From Centroscyllium fabricii (Eukaryota): a stretch of 64,000 bases of DNA. The notes beneath the pieces are model-generated. The model was not told the DNA's origin. It worked only from the letters and a program-made list of their open reading frames with translations, and searched no databases. A program made the translations under genes and the position numbers. Below are positions 14,479 to 26,367 of the stretch, piece after piece. Within the stretch, counting starts at the first letter, position 1. Every line of letters begins with the position of its first letter. The DNA lies in assembly GCA_051313645.2 (NCBI GenBank), contig JBNRSN020000017.1, positions 63,736,001 through 63,800,000 of the forward strand, written 5' to 3'.

Positions 14479-15222
14479 TAATGTGGAGGTGTTGGACTGG
14501 GGTGGACAAATGCAAGAAGTCACACAACACCAGGTTATAGTCCAACAGCTTTATTTGAAATGACACGCTTTCGGAGCGCTGCTTCGTCAGGGGAAGTGAA
14601 GAGATGCATATAGGCACAGCATATATAGTCAGAACACTGCCAGATGATTACAGGTAATTTTTCTAACTGCCCTTTATCACAGCTCGGCAGAGAGATAATC
14701 ACAGCAATCATGGGTGTAAATAGTGTCCAAACAGGTCAGTCAGCAGAACATTCCATCAAAGAACAATGAGGTGGGGTCACGAGGTCAAATTTTGCACATG
14801 CTGTATGAGAATGAGAAACAAAAAACAAACGAGCAGTAAAAAATAAAATGAAATAAAAATGTTTTGCTGGAAATCACAGCTGGTCCAGTCGCATCTGTGT
14901 AGAGAGAACAAGCCAACGACTACTCGAGTCTGGATGACTCTGCATCAGGTGGAGTTACATGTAGCGTGACATGAAGCCAAGATCCCGGTTGAGACTGTCC
15001 TCGAGTGCGGAACTTGGCTATCCATTTCTGCTCGACGATTTTGAGGTGTGATAAAGGGCAGTTAGAAAAATTACCTGTAATCATCAAGCATTGTTCTCTG
15101 ACTATATATGCTGTGCCTATATGCATCTCTTCACTTCACCTGATGAAGGAGCAGCGCTCCAAAAGCTTGTGATTTCAAATAAAGCTGTTGGACTATAACC
15201 TGGTGTTGTGTGACTTCTTAAA
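14479..15222 (-). mobile_element. 5'-truncated Penelope-like element with inverted terminal repeat; a second PLE-family tail is nested at about 14815-14948
   Basis: Inverted arms about 14510-14680 and 15046-15222; - strand peptide KIVEQKWIAKFRT resembles the GIY-YIG C-terminus; 12-bp direct repeat TTTGTGAAATAA at 14467-14478 and 15223-15234. Confidence 0.8.
15136..15172 (+). ncRNA. Minimal hammerhead ribozyme motif (PLE type), probably inactive (G12 to A)
   Basis: TCAC-CTGATGA-aGGAGC-agc-GCTCC-aAAA-gc-TT-GTGA; stems I and II pair, but the conserved GAAA reads AAAA. Confidence 0.6.
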
Positions 15223-15537
15223 TTTGTGAAATAAAGTGACCGTGAAAACTTCTAAATGAATCCTTCTAGATATCAAAAATGGTGCATTGGAGCCAACATA
15301 TATAAATTAGTTGTGAATGCAAATTTTATCCTGATTAAGCACCAAAAGCTGTAAGCCTGAAAATTTCTAAGTTTCTACAAATCTGGACATGGTGTGTGGA
15401 AATTCCAACTTCGTGTGAAGAAATTTTAAAATGCCGTAGAGTTTTCAGTATGAAATGGTAATTCATATGAAGACATCGAAAGATGATCCAAGGTCTGCTT
15501 TGGAAGTTAAGTGTGATTTTTGTAAATGGATCGATAA

Positions 15538-15723
<186 letters not shown>

Positions 15724-15755
15724 TAGTGCAAATGTATATTTGTTAAACTTCAATA

Positions 15756-16080
15756 CAGGTTGAGCACCGTTAATCCGGACACCGTTAATCTGCTAACTTC
15801 AGTCGTCCGGAACTAATCCAGCCGATTGGTCTGCGCATGCGCGAAATGGCCGCTGCGCTTGGCTGCGCATGCCCAGCCCCCTCCCCGACTGCCAGACTGG
15901 TCTGCGCATGCGCAAAATGGCTGTCGCGCTTGGCACATGTGCAGACCATTCAAAATGACCACCGGCCTTCGCCAGCCATTTTGAATGGTCTGTGCATGCG
16001 CTCGCCGAAGCTTCAATCGTTCGGAGTTTTCACTTGTCCGGCACGGGCCTGGTCGTGCCAGATTAATGGTGCTCAACCTG
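15756..16080. mobile_element. pogo/Tigger-like MITE, core type A
   Basis: TA|CAGGTTGAGCACCGTTAATC...GATTAATGGTGCTCAACCTG|TA; 325 bp. Confidence 0.9.
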
Positions 16081-16162
16081 TAGCAATATATTAGAAACTG
16101 CAACAGTGTCTGCAGTTTTTAATATTTCAGTTTTTAAAAATAAAAGCTGATAAAACTAAATA

Positions 16163-16487
16163 CAGGTTGAGCACTGGTAGTCCGGCACCTGATGGTCCGG
16201 CAGCTTCAGTGGTTCGGCATGATTGGAACCCGGCGCTCTTCATTTTGTGGAGCAGCTGCTCAGCGGCGCCACCGTTTCCCTCGAAGGGTGAGCGAGCGCC
16301 GACGGCGTTGGGCGTTTGGGTTTCTGTTTTTTTAGGTTTTGTAAGTGTTCTATCCCCGGGCTCCCTCCCGGGGAGTGTTCTATCCACAGGCCCCGGGGAG
16401 TGTTCTACCCGCACGCTCCCCCTGAACCTTCAGTGGTTCGAAATTTTCAGTGGTCCCGAGGGTGCCGGATTAACGGTGCTCAACCTG
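16163..16487 (+). mobile_element. pogo/Tigger-like MITE, core type B
   Basis: TA|CAGGTTGAGCAC...GTGCTCAACCTG|TA; 325 bp; core shared with 27284, 38450 and 53290 copies. Confidence 0.9.
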
Positions 16488-16649
16488 TAGTAAAGAGATT
16501 TATAAGTTTATTTTTTTATTTTTTTATTATGGCAACTAATTATTAAACTGTTTCCAGACATTTGGGCATGAACAGATGTGTCCATAAATTTTTCTGAATA
16601 TGGGTATTTATTTTCCTCCTTCCGCATCTACCTTTCCTTCTTCCCCTGA

Positions 16650-16817
<168 letters not shown>

Positions 16818-17347
16818 TAAGTTCTAGACTGACATAGCTAATGTCCGATGGAATCCAGTAGAATTTTGAACAGTAGGTTGACTGCATTTGGTAATTATCG
16901 ATGTTTCATTATAAATTATTAGTCCAGGACTCAAAGAATCATTGAATTGATTTTTCTTCTGAATATAGAAAAATTGAAATGCCGTATTTTCCGATCGGAG
17001 GCTTCCCGCACGCAGGAAGCCTTCGATCTGGGGAAATAAAATCTACCGACTTAAAGGCTACCAAGGTCCGGACACTTACGCTCCTGGGCCTCTCCAACTC
17101 AATGCGCAGGGCCCACGTATCCCAGGGGCGCAGGCGGTTCACAAGTGTCCCTGGGATCATGTGGACCTTGGGGAGCCAATCGGAAGGAAATCTCCCTTCA
17201 TACACTTGTCAGCTAGACCAGTCAAATATATGAATGGAGATCACTCCAAAAACACTTTAAAACATTAAATTAAAAAAAAATCTTTAAAGTATTTATTGTA
17301 ATTTCAACTAATTTTAATCAAATTTACCATTTTTTGAAGAACATAAT

Positions 17348-17544
17348 TGTTGTGTATGTGCCTTTTAGGTTATACTGAGCACTATATGTGGTGCCGTAAT
17401 ACTGTAGTACTTAGGCCAACTATAGTGTATATAAGTTCGTGCGTGGAGCGATAGTGCTCAGTTTCAATTTCCGTTCCGTAACCACTGTATTTTACACCCT
17501 GGAGTCGAGTCCGTTGTTCTGAGACGCATAGCACGGACTTAACA
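17348..17544 (+). mobile_element. Solo LTR (197 bp)
   Basis: TGTT...AACA termini; 5-bp TSD ATAAT at 17343-17347 and 17545-17549; internal TATATAA. Confidence 0.75.
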
Positions 17545-17549
17545 ATAAT

Positions 17550-18293
17550 GGCCCAGAAATTCGGGTTGGAGACTTCCTGCGAGTGCAAGCCTCCAACCTA
17601 CACTTACGGAGCAGACCTGCCGTTGTCCTCTTCTGGGATTTGAAATCCCGATTCCAGGTACTGCTCCAGGCCCCACGCGCCGCGCTGAGGCAACTCCGCG
17701 TCGGAGTTAGTGGGGAAGCTCCGCGCAGGACCACATGGTCCGCGAGGAGCCAATCACTGGAAGGAATCCTCCATTCATAACTGACACATCTGTCAAAGTT
17801 ATGAAATGGAAGAGCCCCAAAAACACACTAAACAGTAAAATAAATGTTAAACACAATTTTTCAACATTACTATAACATAAATTACCTATTTAAAAAGAAA
17901 AACATTTTTTTAGAAAAAATATTAACAGCCCTATCTTTACCTGCCTTTAAAAGTTCAAAAAAATTAAAAACCTGTTTTAAAAAACCAAAAAAAAAAAAAC
18001 CTTCAATTCAATAAAATAAAGACTTGCCTGCTAAAAAGGGGTCATCAGCCATAACTTTCCAGATACTTACCCCGATGAAAAACTCGGGAAAAAATCGGAA
18101 GTGCACTGCGCACCTCCTGGTGCACAGGACAACGCGCTTCAGCTCTCGAACCCCCTCCCGGGCCGCCTTCGGAAATGCAGGTATCCCGCGCATGCGCGGG
18201 AAATGGCATCTACCTGCAATTCCAAGGGCCGCACGTGTGAGTACCCGCTCAGTACTCGTGTTTGGCCCTGGGGGCCATCGGAAAATCCGGCCC
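17550..18293 (+). mobile_element. Non-autonomous DNA transposon with AAT TSD (PIF/Harbinger-related, inferred)
   Basis: AAT|GGCCCAGAAATTC...GAAAATCCGGCCC|AAT; same family as 46282-46934 in opposite orientation. Confidence 0.8.
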
Positions 18294-18436
18294 AATATTT
18301 TTTACGGGCTAAAAATAAACTTAGTATTTTTAAATGATAAATGAGTGGAGGGGGGGAAATGTTTTCTTTTTTCAAATCTTATGCTGGTGAAAACAGGCCT
18401 TGCGTCTGCTTTTACCAGGCGTAAGATTTCTAAGGG

Positions 18437-18750
18437 TTAACATAGAAACATAGAAAATAGGTGCAGGAGTAGACCATTCGGTCCTTGGAGCCTGCACCGC
18501 CATTTAATGCGTTCATGGCTGAACATAAGAACATAACACAAGAAATAGGAGCAGGAGTAGGCCAATCGGCCCCCCGAGCCCGCCCCGCCACCCAACAAGA
18601 TCATGGCTGATCCTACCCTAACCTTCATAACACTATCACCCTTCATCCCACCCAAAGAACCATGTGATCTCCTGGGAGAGGCGAAAAACCGGATAAAAAC
18701 CCAGGTCCAATTTGGGGGAAAAATCCGGGAAATTCCTCTCCGACCCCAAT
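18437..18750 (-). mobile_element. Two adjacent CR1 3' tails (18437-18520; 18521-18750 with extended 3' UTR)
   Basis: catagaaa/cataagaa terminal repeats; second piece matches 24193-24415. Confidence 0.75.
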
Positions 18751-19813
18751 CTGCGGGCGGAGGTTCTCCAGAAAGCGGAACTATCCGCCCTCAGAGGCCC
18801 TTCTCCAGGGCAGGCGTCCGACCTGTCAGAGCATTCTTGACTGATTGGAAATACCGGTTTTCAGCGCATGCTCATGCCATATCCTGGAATCGGCATTTCC
18901 AATGTCCCTACAGGTGTGTACACAGCCCATACATGCCCATAGGGATCTGAATATATGGCCCAAAGTTACTATTGGTTCCCCTTTGAAGAGAGTGGTTTTA
19001 AAGTTGTCTCAACTAAAATCAGCATTACCAGAAATTCACCTTTTCACAATGAATAGATCCCAAACACTGGAATAAATTGATATTAAACTACTCTCTTCAG
19101 AGGAACAAATAAAATAAAATGGAGCATTTTTAATACCTATTGGGTAACTGTCATTTGGGCATCACTTAAACCTACATCAGTTTGCAGTGCTTGATTATTA
19201 TGCATCAATCTTGTCCTCTCACCCTAAGGGAAAACCCTAAACATAATCTCCTGCTGATGTAAAATGATCTCCTCACCTACCCTGGTGAATAACCTATTGG
19301 CATGTCTAGCCCACTAATGGTTGATGGATAGTATTAGCTACAAGACAAAAATGTACAAGCTCACTTCAGGTCACAGAATAAGGTTTGTTGCTAAAAATAG
19401 CTTGCGCCCACCCCCCTGGTGGGTGATTTAATACCAGAATGAACTGAGGGGGAGAAACTTGATCTGTATCTGGATTGGATTAACTTACCCTTAAATTGAA
19501 CTACTGGTCGATGTACAAATGTCTAATGTTTTCATCACGAGTAATGCGATACAGGTTTTATGTACTGTGAAAACTGATTTGAAAATGTGATGAAACCAGT
19601 TTCTGCAGGTTCCCTTGGGTGATTTATGTATGAAATGTGTTATTGGTTGGGGGGGGGGGGGCGCAGAGTAGATCTTTAATAAAAAAATAAATCACATCTC
19701 TCTCTCCCGCTTGCACTCTCCCGCTCGCATTCTAAAATGCGAACTTTCCATTTGGGACTTCAGGAATATGGCCATTGTTTTCCATAAGGCAGCGCACGTA
19801 CATAGCAGAGATT

Positions 19814-20490
19814 GGCTCAGATTTTGCTGGGAAAATTAAAAGCGAGTTCACAGTGCATACAGTTATTTGTGAGTTTAAATAAAAACAATTTGTGGCAGTG
19901 AATTGTTGGATGACTTGCCGTTCGCTTCACAAAAATGGGAGCTTGCCGTCACTCACCCTGAGTTTCAAAGAATTGCTGAATCTGTGCTGTAAACACGAAT
20001 TAATCTTGCCGCAGAACATTCGGGCTGGTATTTAATGACGTAAGGACCCTTTTAATGACCAGATTTATGTTGCTGCAATGCCACTCAATCTTGGAGGCCC
20101 AGAAGGGGAACAGTTGAAATAGTGGAGTCTCACTCCTGCAGGTAGTAAATTATGTCTAGAGGGTTTTAAACTTTTACATTTGAGTGTTTTTTTTTCTCTT
20201 TTTCTCTCAATCCAATCTTTTCCACCCCCCTTTTTCTCTTTCCGCATCTAATTTGACTCTAATTCATTCCATTTCCTTCTAAGTCGTCATTCCTGTTTCT
20301 TTCTCTGTCCTTGCATTAGAGATAGACCGGTCCCACTGTTCACCAAGGACCCCGTTGAACTCGCGGTGAGCCATTATCAACCCGCACTTCCAGCAATTTG
20401 CGGGGCACATTTTTCAAGCTGCAGGGTGAGGAAGATAATCCCACTCGCAAGGCCCGCTGTGAGATGCCCCACTCCAGCAAATTCCGGCTT
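19814..20490. mobile_element. Degenerate GC-ended MITE
   Basis: ATT|GGCTCAGATTTTGCTGG left end and CCAGCAAATTCCGGCT right end; AT-rich middle. Confidence 0.45.
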
Positions 20491-20744
20491 CATGAGTCTG
20501 TGTGCATCGATAGGCATCTCTTCTTTTGGAAATTTAAATTCCATGGTTTGAGATCTGATTTGAGCACTTTAATATTTTGTTACTTTTCATTTTCCTATCC
20601 TGACACTGATGTTCTGGTGTTCAGTTGTATGCACTACACTTAAGTTCACACATGAAGAATGTTCACTTGGAATAGATACTGGTGAGTACTGACAGACTTT
20701 TTGACCATGAAGTCATAAATGATCCTGATCCAGTTCTTCTTGCA

Positions 20745-21078
20745 CCCGGGTTCAAATCCGGCCTCGGGTACAATCTGTGGAGTTTGCACATTCTCCCCGT
20801 GTCTGCGTGGGTTTCCTCCGGGTGCTCCGGTTTCCTCCCACAGTCCAAAGATGTGTGGGTTAGGTTGATTGGCCAGGATAAATTGACCCTTAGTGTTAGG
20901 GGGATTGAATATGTGGGGTTACGGGGATAGGGTGGGATATGTGTCGGTGCAGGCTCGATAGGGATCGAGGGATATGGGGACAAGGCAGGGGCAGGGTACT
21001 GGGTTTGGATGATCAGCCATTGAACGGCGGAACAGGCTTGAATGGCCGACTCCTGCTCCTATCTTCTCTGTTTCTATG
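20745..21078 (+). mobile_element. HE1-type V-SINE, tail type 2 (5' end truncated near the B box)
   Basis: B box GGTTCAAATCC; V-domain ttctccccgtgtctgcgtgggtttcctccgggtgctccggtttcc. Confidence 0.9.
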
Positions 21079-21361
21079 TCTTTCAGATGCAGCCTGACTG
21101 ATTTTTTTCATCTTTTCCCAGCCAGGAGCCTGAGGCCTGTTGTAGATCCTCTGTGCCAACCCTAGCTGAGGCCTACTAACTCTGACAAGACATTGAACCT
21201 GCAATCTTTTCTGTCTGTGGGGTTCAGTGCAATTAACCCCCCCATTGGGAGAACTATGTATTGTCACAATTTTAAGACCCAATGGCAAAATAAGCTGATA
21301 TCAAAGCTCACTTTATTAGCTTAATGATTTTTTAATTAATGCCTCCTTTATTGTTTTACAG

Positions 21362-21470
21362 AGCGTTTTCGAGAAAGCAGCAGCAGTTGAGCGCACTGAA
21401 GGTTCTGCAGAGGAATTGTGCTGCTTACCTGAAACTCCGCCACTGGCAATGGTGGCGACTCTTCACTAAG
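21362..21470 (+). CDS. MYH10: MYH10 exon 9/29 (RLC-binding IQ, WQWW hook)
   Basis: acag|AGCG...AAG|gttcgc, 109 nt; [36 protein letters not shown]. Confidence 0.95.
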
Positions 21471-21717
21471 GTTCGCCTGCCTCCTTCCCATCGTACTTCC
21501 ACAAAAAACGGCCAAAACTGAGACACAGTTAGGACTTGTTTCAATAAGATTGCTCGGACTTGCAGATGTTAGCATGTTTGCTCGAAGATTACAAACTTGA
21601 AAAAATGATTTCCGTCCTTGGATCCATTCTGGCTAACTCACGGATAGTTTTTTGGGTTAAATGCTGACTTTTCTTCAATAAAAGGATGTTGGTGTGGAAT
21701 GGAGACTGGGAGCACGC

Positions 21718-21963
21718 CAGTCCAAAGATGTGCAGGTTAGGTTGATTGGCCAGGATAAATTAACCCTTAGTGTTAGGGGGATTGAACATGTGGGGTTACG
21801 GCAATAGGGTGGGATATGTGTCTGTGCAGGCTCGATAGGGATATGGGGAGAGGACCGGGGCGGGGTGCTGGGTTTGGATGATCAGCCATGATCTTATTGA
21901 ATGGCAGAGCAGGCTCGAAGGGCCGAATGGCCTACTCCTGCTCCTATCTTCTATGTTTCTATG
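21718..21963 (+). mobile_element. HE1-type V-SINE, 5'-truncated, tail type 2
   Basis: Matches 47292-47544. Confidence 0.85.
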
Positions 21964-22258
21964 TAACAGTATGACTGGTTTTATTGAGACAACAGCTTCA
22001 ACTAACTTTCCCGCTCTTGAGCCAACTATATGCAGACAAAGTTTCTTAAAAGCGTGACGCCTGATTTATAGACTACGGACTGGAAAGCTGATTGTGTCCG
22101 TTCTGTGATTGTTATGCCAAATTGGCAATGAAGCTATAGCAGTATATGAAATCTAAATGCATGCAGCCTCGATGGGCCGAATGGCCACCACCTGTGCTGT
22201 ACCATTCAGTGAAGTAAGTCACCTTCGTTTACCATGTTTTACTTTCTTTGCTTTTTAG

Positions 22259-22390
22259 GTTAAACCGCTGCTACAGGTGACTCGCCAGGAGGAGGAATTG
22301 CTGTCCAAAGAGGATGAGCTGACAAAGGTGAAAGAGAAGCATGTAAAGGTGGAGGCGGACCTTACAGCGATGGAGAGGAAGCATCAGCAG
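22259..22390 (+). CDS. MYH10: MYH10 exon 10/29 (head-rod junction)
   Basis: ttag|GTT...CAG|gtttgt, 132 nt; [21 protein letters not shown]...MERKHQQ. Confidence 0.95.
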
Positions 22391-22501
22391 GTTTGTAGAG
22401 TCTTGACAACGCTATGTACCTGATCAGTGCCTTTCAAGGCTAATGATTGCAAATTACCTAAATATCTGACTTGTACATTTTTTTTTTCAGTAGCAGCCAT
22501 T

Positions 22502-23204
22502 GGGGGAAAAATCGGGTTGCGCCCCGTTTGGGGTGCCAACCTCAAAGTAGCGCCACAAAGAATTTAGCGGCGTTGCGCCTTAAATTGGGTTTTGAAACCC
22601 AAGTAGGAGGTGGGGCACTACTGCAGGCGCCCCACCTCGTTCCTTGGGCGCAACAACTGAAGTTCGGGCCACTGTGGGTCGCTGCTCCACGCCGTGGTAC
22701 TGCAGGCCTCCCTCCCCTTCTTCAAGGGGAGTGGCCTGGCGCGGCCCGGTGGACCGCTGGGGATCGGAGTGCTGGCAAAGGAGCCCGGTACCTGAGGGAA
22801 GTGCCGGACTCACCAAGCACAGCCAGCACTCCGCGGGGGGACATCGGGGAAGGCCGGGGACGGCAGTGGGCAGGTGCTGGCAGGCGGCCAGCAAGAAAAA
22901 TGGCTGCCCGGCGCACACAACCCGCCCCCCCCCCTTAAATAGCGCTGGCCAGGCTGCAACTGCGTCCCCCTTCCCTGTCGGTGACGGCGTCTGGCGCGAG
23001 TGACGTTAGAGGCCAGGGTGTGAGCGAGGCACTGCGCACGACGATGATGTCATCGCCGGTGGCGCAGCGCTACTGGCTGCTGCCGCCGCCAGCACCCCAC
23101 TGAATATCGCGGGAGGCGCCAGCCCAGACGCTAGGAGCCTTGCGCCCCATTAGCAGCCCTCTTAGGGCGCTAACGGCTGGCGCAAGCAACCAAATTTCCC
23201 CCCC
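22502..23204 (+). mobile_element. GC/CpG-rich MITE with ATT TSD
   Basis: ATT|GGGGGAAAAATCGGGTTGC...GCAACCAAATTTCCCCCCC|ATT; homologous along its length to 36332-37088. Confidence 0.8.
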
Positions 23205-23884
23205 ATTATCTTTATATGGTGCTTCTTGGCTGTGGAATCCAGCTCACCACCAAAATGTGCTTGATGATTAATTGATTACCGATATCGCTGCTTCCATCGG
23301 CGAGCCACTGCCATTTGGTCAACTGAGGTGGCCAGTCCAAGCATTGGCATAATTTTGCTTGGAGAAGTTCCTAACAATTTGACTTCCATGCTATATCCTC
23401 CACCATAAAACCTAACGAGACTGAGGGAATAATTGCACCGTGTGTCGGGGGGTGGGGGAAGGTGGTGAAGAATGTGAAACGTATACATTAATGGGGGTCA
23501 AAGAGGAAAAGAGAATCTTCTATTCCTTCACACCAAATTTGTATTTGATCACTTTCCTTCTGCTTAAATTCAGAAAAGCTACAATGGTTATATTTGCATT
23601 GCCCCAACGCATGTGAAATATGAAGCTGCTTAAATGTTTTGTGGCAATTTTGTTCCCATTAATCAATTCTGATTTAAGGATAAAACCAAGAACAGTGTGT
23701 TATTTTAAATGTTGCCTGCAGCTATGCTTTGATATTCACAGCAGAATTACTTGGGCAAAAAATCCAACGTCGGGTGTTTCTTTTTCATTTTGAGTAGCCT
23801 AATTTTATGACTAAGTCAGGGTTTTATAAATCTAACTTGTAACTCAATGCAAAGGTAACTAAATGTGACGAATGCTCTATGTAG

Positions 23885-24091
23885 ACAATTGAAGAGAAGA
23901 ATATTCTGGCTGAACAGCTGCAGGCTGAGACTGAGCTCTTTGCAGAAGCTGAGGAAATGCGAGCACGCCTGGCTAATAAAAAGCAAGAACTGGAGGAAAT
24001 CTTGCATGATCTGGAAGCAAGAGTGGAGGAAGAAGAAGAAAGAAACCAGCAGATGCAGAATGAAAAGAAGAAAATGCAACAACACGTTCAG
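23885..24091 (+). CDS. MYH10: MYH10 exon 11/29 (rod)
   Basis: gtag|ACA...CAG|gtgcat, 207 nt; [29 protein letters not shown]...KKKMQQHVQ. Confidence 0.94.
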
Positions 24092-24192
24092 GTGCATGCA
24101 TGTCGCTGTGCATTTTGTGAACTCTACATTTTTGATCATTTAAATAAGATGGCAATGTTGAGAGATTGCAATTTCATTGCTGGGATTAAGGT

Positions 24193-26129
24193 TAAGAACA
24201 TAAGAACATAAATAGGAGCAGGAGTAGGCCAATCGGCCCCTCGAGCCTGCTCCACCATTCAACAAGATCATGGCTGATCTGATCCTAACCTCAAATTTAT
24301 TTTTACACTCCACCCTGCCCAGACCCATGTGATCACCTGGGAGAGGTGAAAAACCAGATAAAAAACCCAGTAGCCAATTTGGGAGAAACAAATCAGGAAA
24401 ATTCCTCTCCGACCCATCTAGGCGATCGAAAACTGGCCCAGGAGATCACATGGTCGATCTGAACCTAGCCTCACGTCCACTTACCTGCCCGCTCACCATA
24501 ACCCCTAATTCCCTTTAATTCCAGGAAACTGTCTATCTCTGTTTTAAATTTATTCAATGTATTAGCTTCCACAGCTCTCTGGGGCAGCAAATTCCACAGC
24601 CCCACCACCCTCTGAGAGAAGAAGTTTCTCCTCATCTCAGTTTTGAAATGGCAGCCCCTTATTTTAAGATTATGCCCCCTAGTCCTAGTTTCACCCACCA
24701 TTGGGAACATCCTCACCGCATCCACCCGATCAAGCCCTCTCAATCTTTTATATTTCAATAAGATCGCCTCTCATTCTTCTGAACTCCAATGAGTAGAGGC
24801 CCAATCCACTCAGCCTCTTGTCATATGTTAGCCCCCTCATCCCCGGAATTAACCTAGTGAACCTTCTCTGCACTGCCTCGAGAGCAAGTATGTCCTTTCT
24901 TAAATAGGGATACCAGAACTGCACGCAGTATTCCAGGTGTGGTCTCACCAATACCCTGTACAACTGCAGCAAGACCTCCCTGCTTTTATACTCAATCCCC
25001 TTAGCAATAAAAGCCAACATTCCGTTGGCCTTCCTGACCACCTGCTGCACCTGCATATTAACTTTGTGTTTCCTGCACCAGGACCCCCAGATCCCTTTGC
25101 ACTGAAGTACTTTCCAGTTCCTTTCCATTTAGATAATAACTCGCTCTATTATTTTTCCTGCCAAAGTGCATAACTTCACATTTTCCAGTATTATACACCA
25201 TCTGCCAAATCTCTGCCCACTCACTTAGCCTATCTCTGTCCTTTTGCAGGTTTTTAATGTTGTCCTCATTCTTCACCCTCCCTCCCATCTTTGTGTCATC
25301 TGCAAACTTTGATATGTTGCACTTGGTCCCTTCTTCCAAATCGTTAATATAGATTGTAAAGAGTTAGGGTCCCAGCACCGACCCTTGCGGAACACCACTA
25401 GTGACTGACTGCCAGTCTGAGAACGAACCATTTATCCCAACTCTGTTTTCTGTTAGAAAGCCAATCCTCCACCCATGCCAGAATATTACCCCCAACCCTG
25501 TGATTTTTTATCTTGAGTAATAATCTTCTGTGGGGCACCTTGTCAAATGCCTTTTGGAAGTCCAAATACACCACATCCACTGGTTCCCCTTATCCACCCT
25601 ATATGTTATGTCCTCAAAGAACTCTAGCAAATTTGTCAAACATGACTTCCCCTTTGTAAAACCATGCTGACTTTGTCCTATTAAATGGTGTTTATCCAAA
25701 TGCCCTGTTGCTGTTTCCTTAATAATAGATTGTAACATTTTGCCAACCACAGATGTTAGGCTAACTGGTCTATAATTTCCAGCCTTCTGTCTATTACCCT
25801 TTTTAAATAAAGGCATTACATTAGCAGTTTTCCAATCTGCCGGAACCTTTGCCGAGTCCAGAGAGTTTTGAAAAATTATTACCAACGCAGCCACAATCCC
25901 TACCGCCACTTCCTTCAAGACCCTAGGATGTAAGCCATCAGGTCCAGGGGATTTATCCTCCAGTCCCATAATTTTCCCGAGCACCACCTCCTTAGTGACT
26001 TTAATCATAATTAGCTCCTCCTCCTCCCCCCCCCCCCCCCCCCCCCCAAGAGCCACCTGTTTATCCAATGTTGGGATATTTTGAGTGTCCTCTACTATAA
26101 AGACTGATACAAAATATTTGTTCAGCGCT
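24193..26129 (-). mobile_element. CR1 LINE, 5'-truncated (about 1.9 kb), RT domain frameshifted
   Basis: ORF fragments [59 protein letters not shown]. Confidence 0.93.
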
Positions 26130-26157
26130 TTTGTACCCAAACTGCACTGATTAGATG

Positions 26158-26367
26158 TATAATGTATACAACAATGAAGAAATGACTCCTGAAGTAACAC
26201 TGGACAGCCAGCTGGTGGTGCTATCCGAGGAGTATAAATACTCGGGTGTGGGCCCAGCTTGCCCAGTGCCGAAGTTCCAGTTAACCAGTAAAGATCACTT
26301 GAAGTTACACTCTGTCTCTGCTGCTTTATTGTTTTATGTAGTTGTGTAGAAAGGTACAAACACAACA
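26158..26367 (+). mobile_element. Probable solo LTR (210 bp)
   Basis: 5-bp direct repeat AGATG at 26153-26157 and 26368-26372; ends AACA; starts TA (TG expected); internal TATAAATA and AGTAAA. Confidence 0.55.

Larger units (their letters stand above)
16981..18961. mobile_element. Older GC-ended MITE hosting a solo LTR, a related MITE and CR1 tails
   Basis: Left-end palindrome cgatcggaggcttcc...ggaagccttcgatc resembles the left end of 17550; 18750-18961 parallels 18120-18293; boundaries approximate. Confidence 0.5.
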
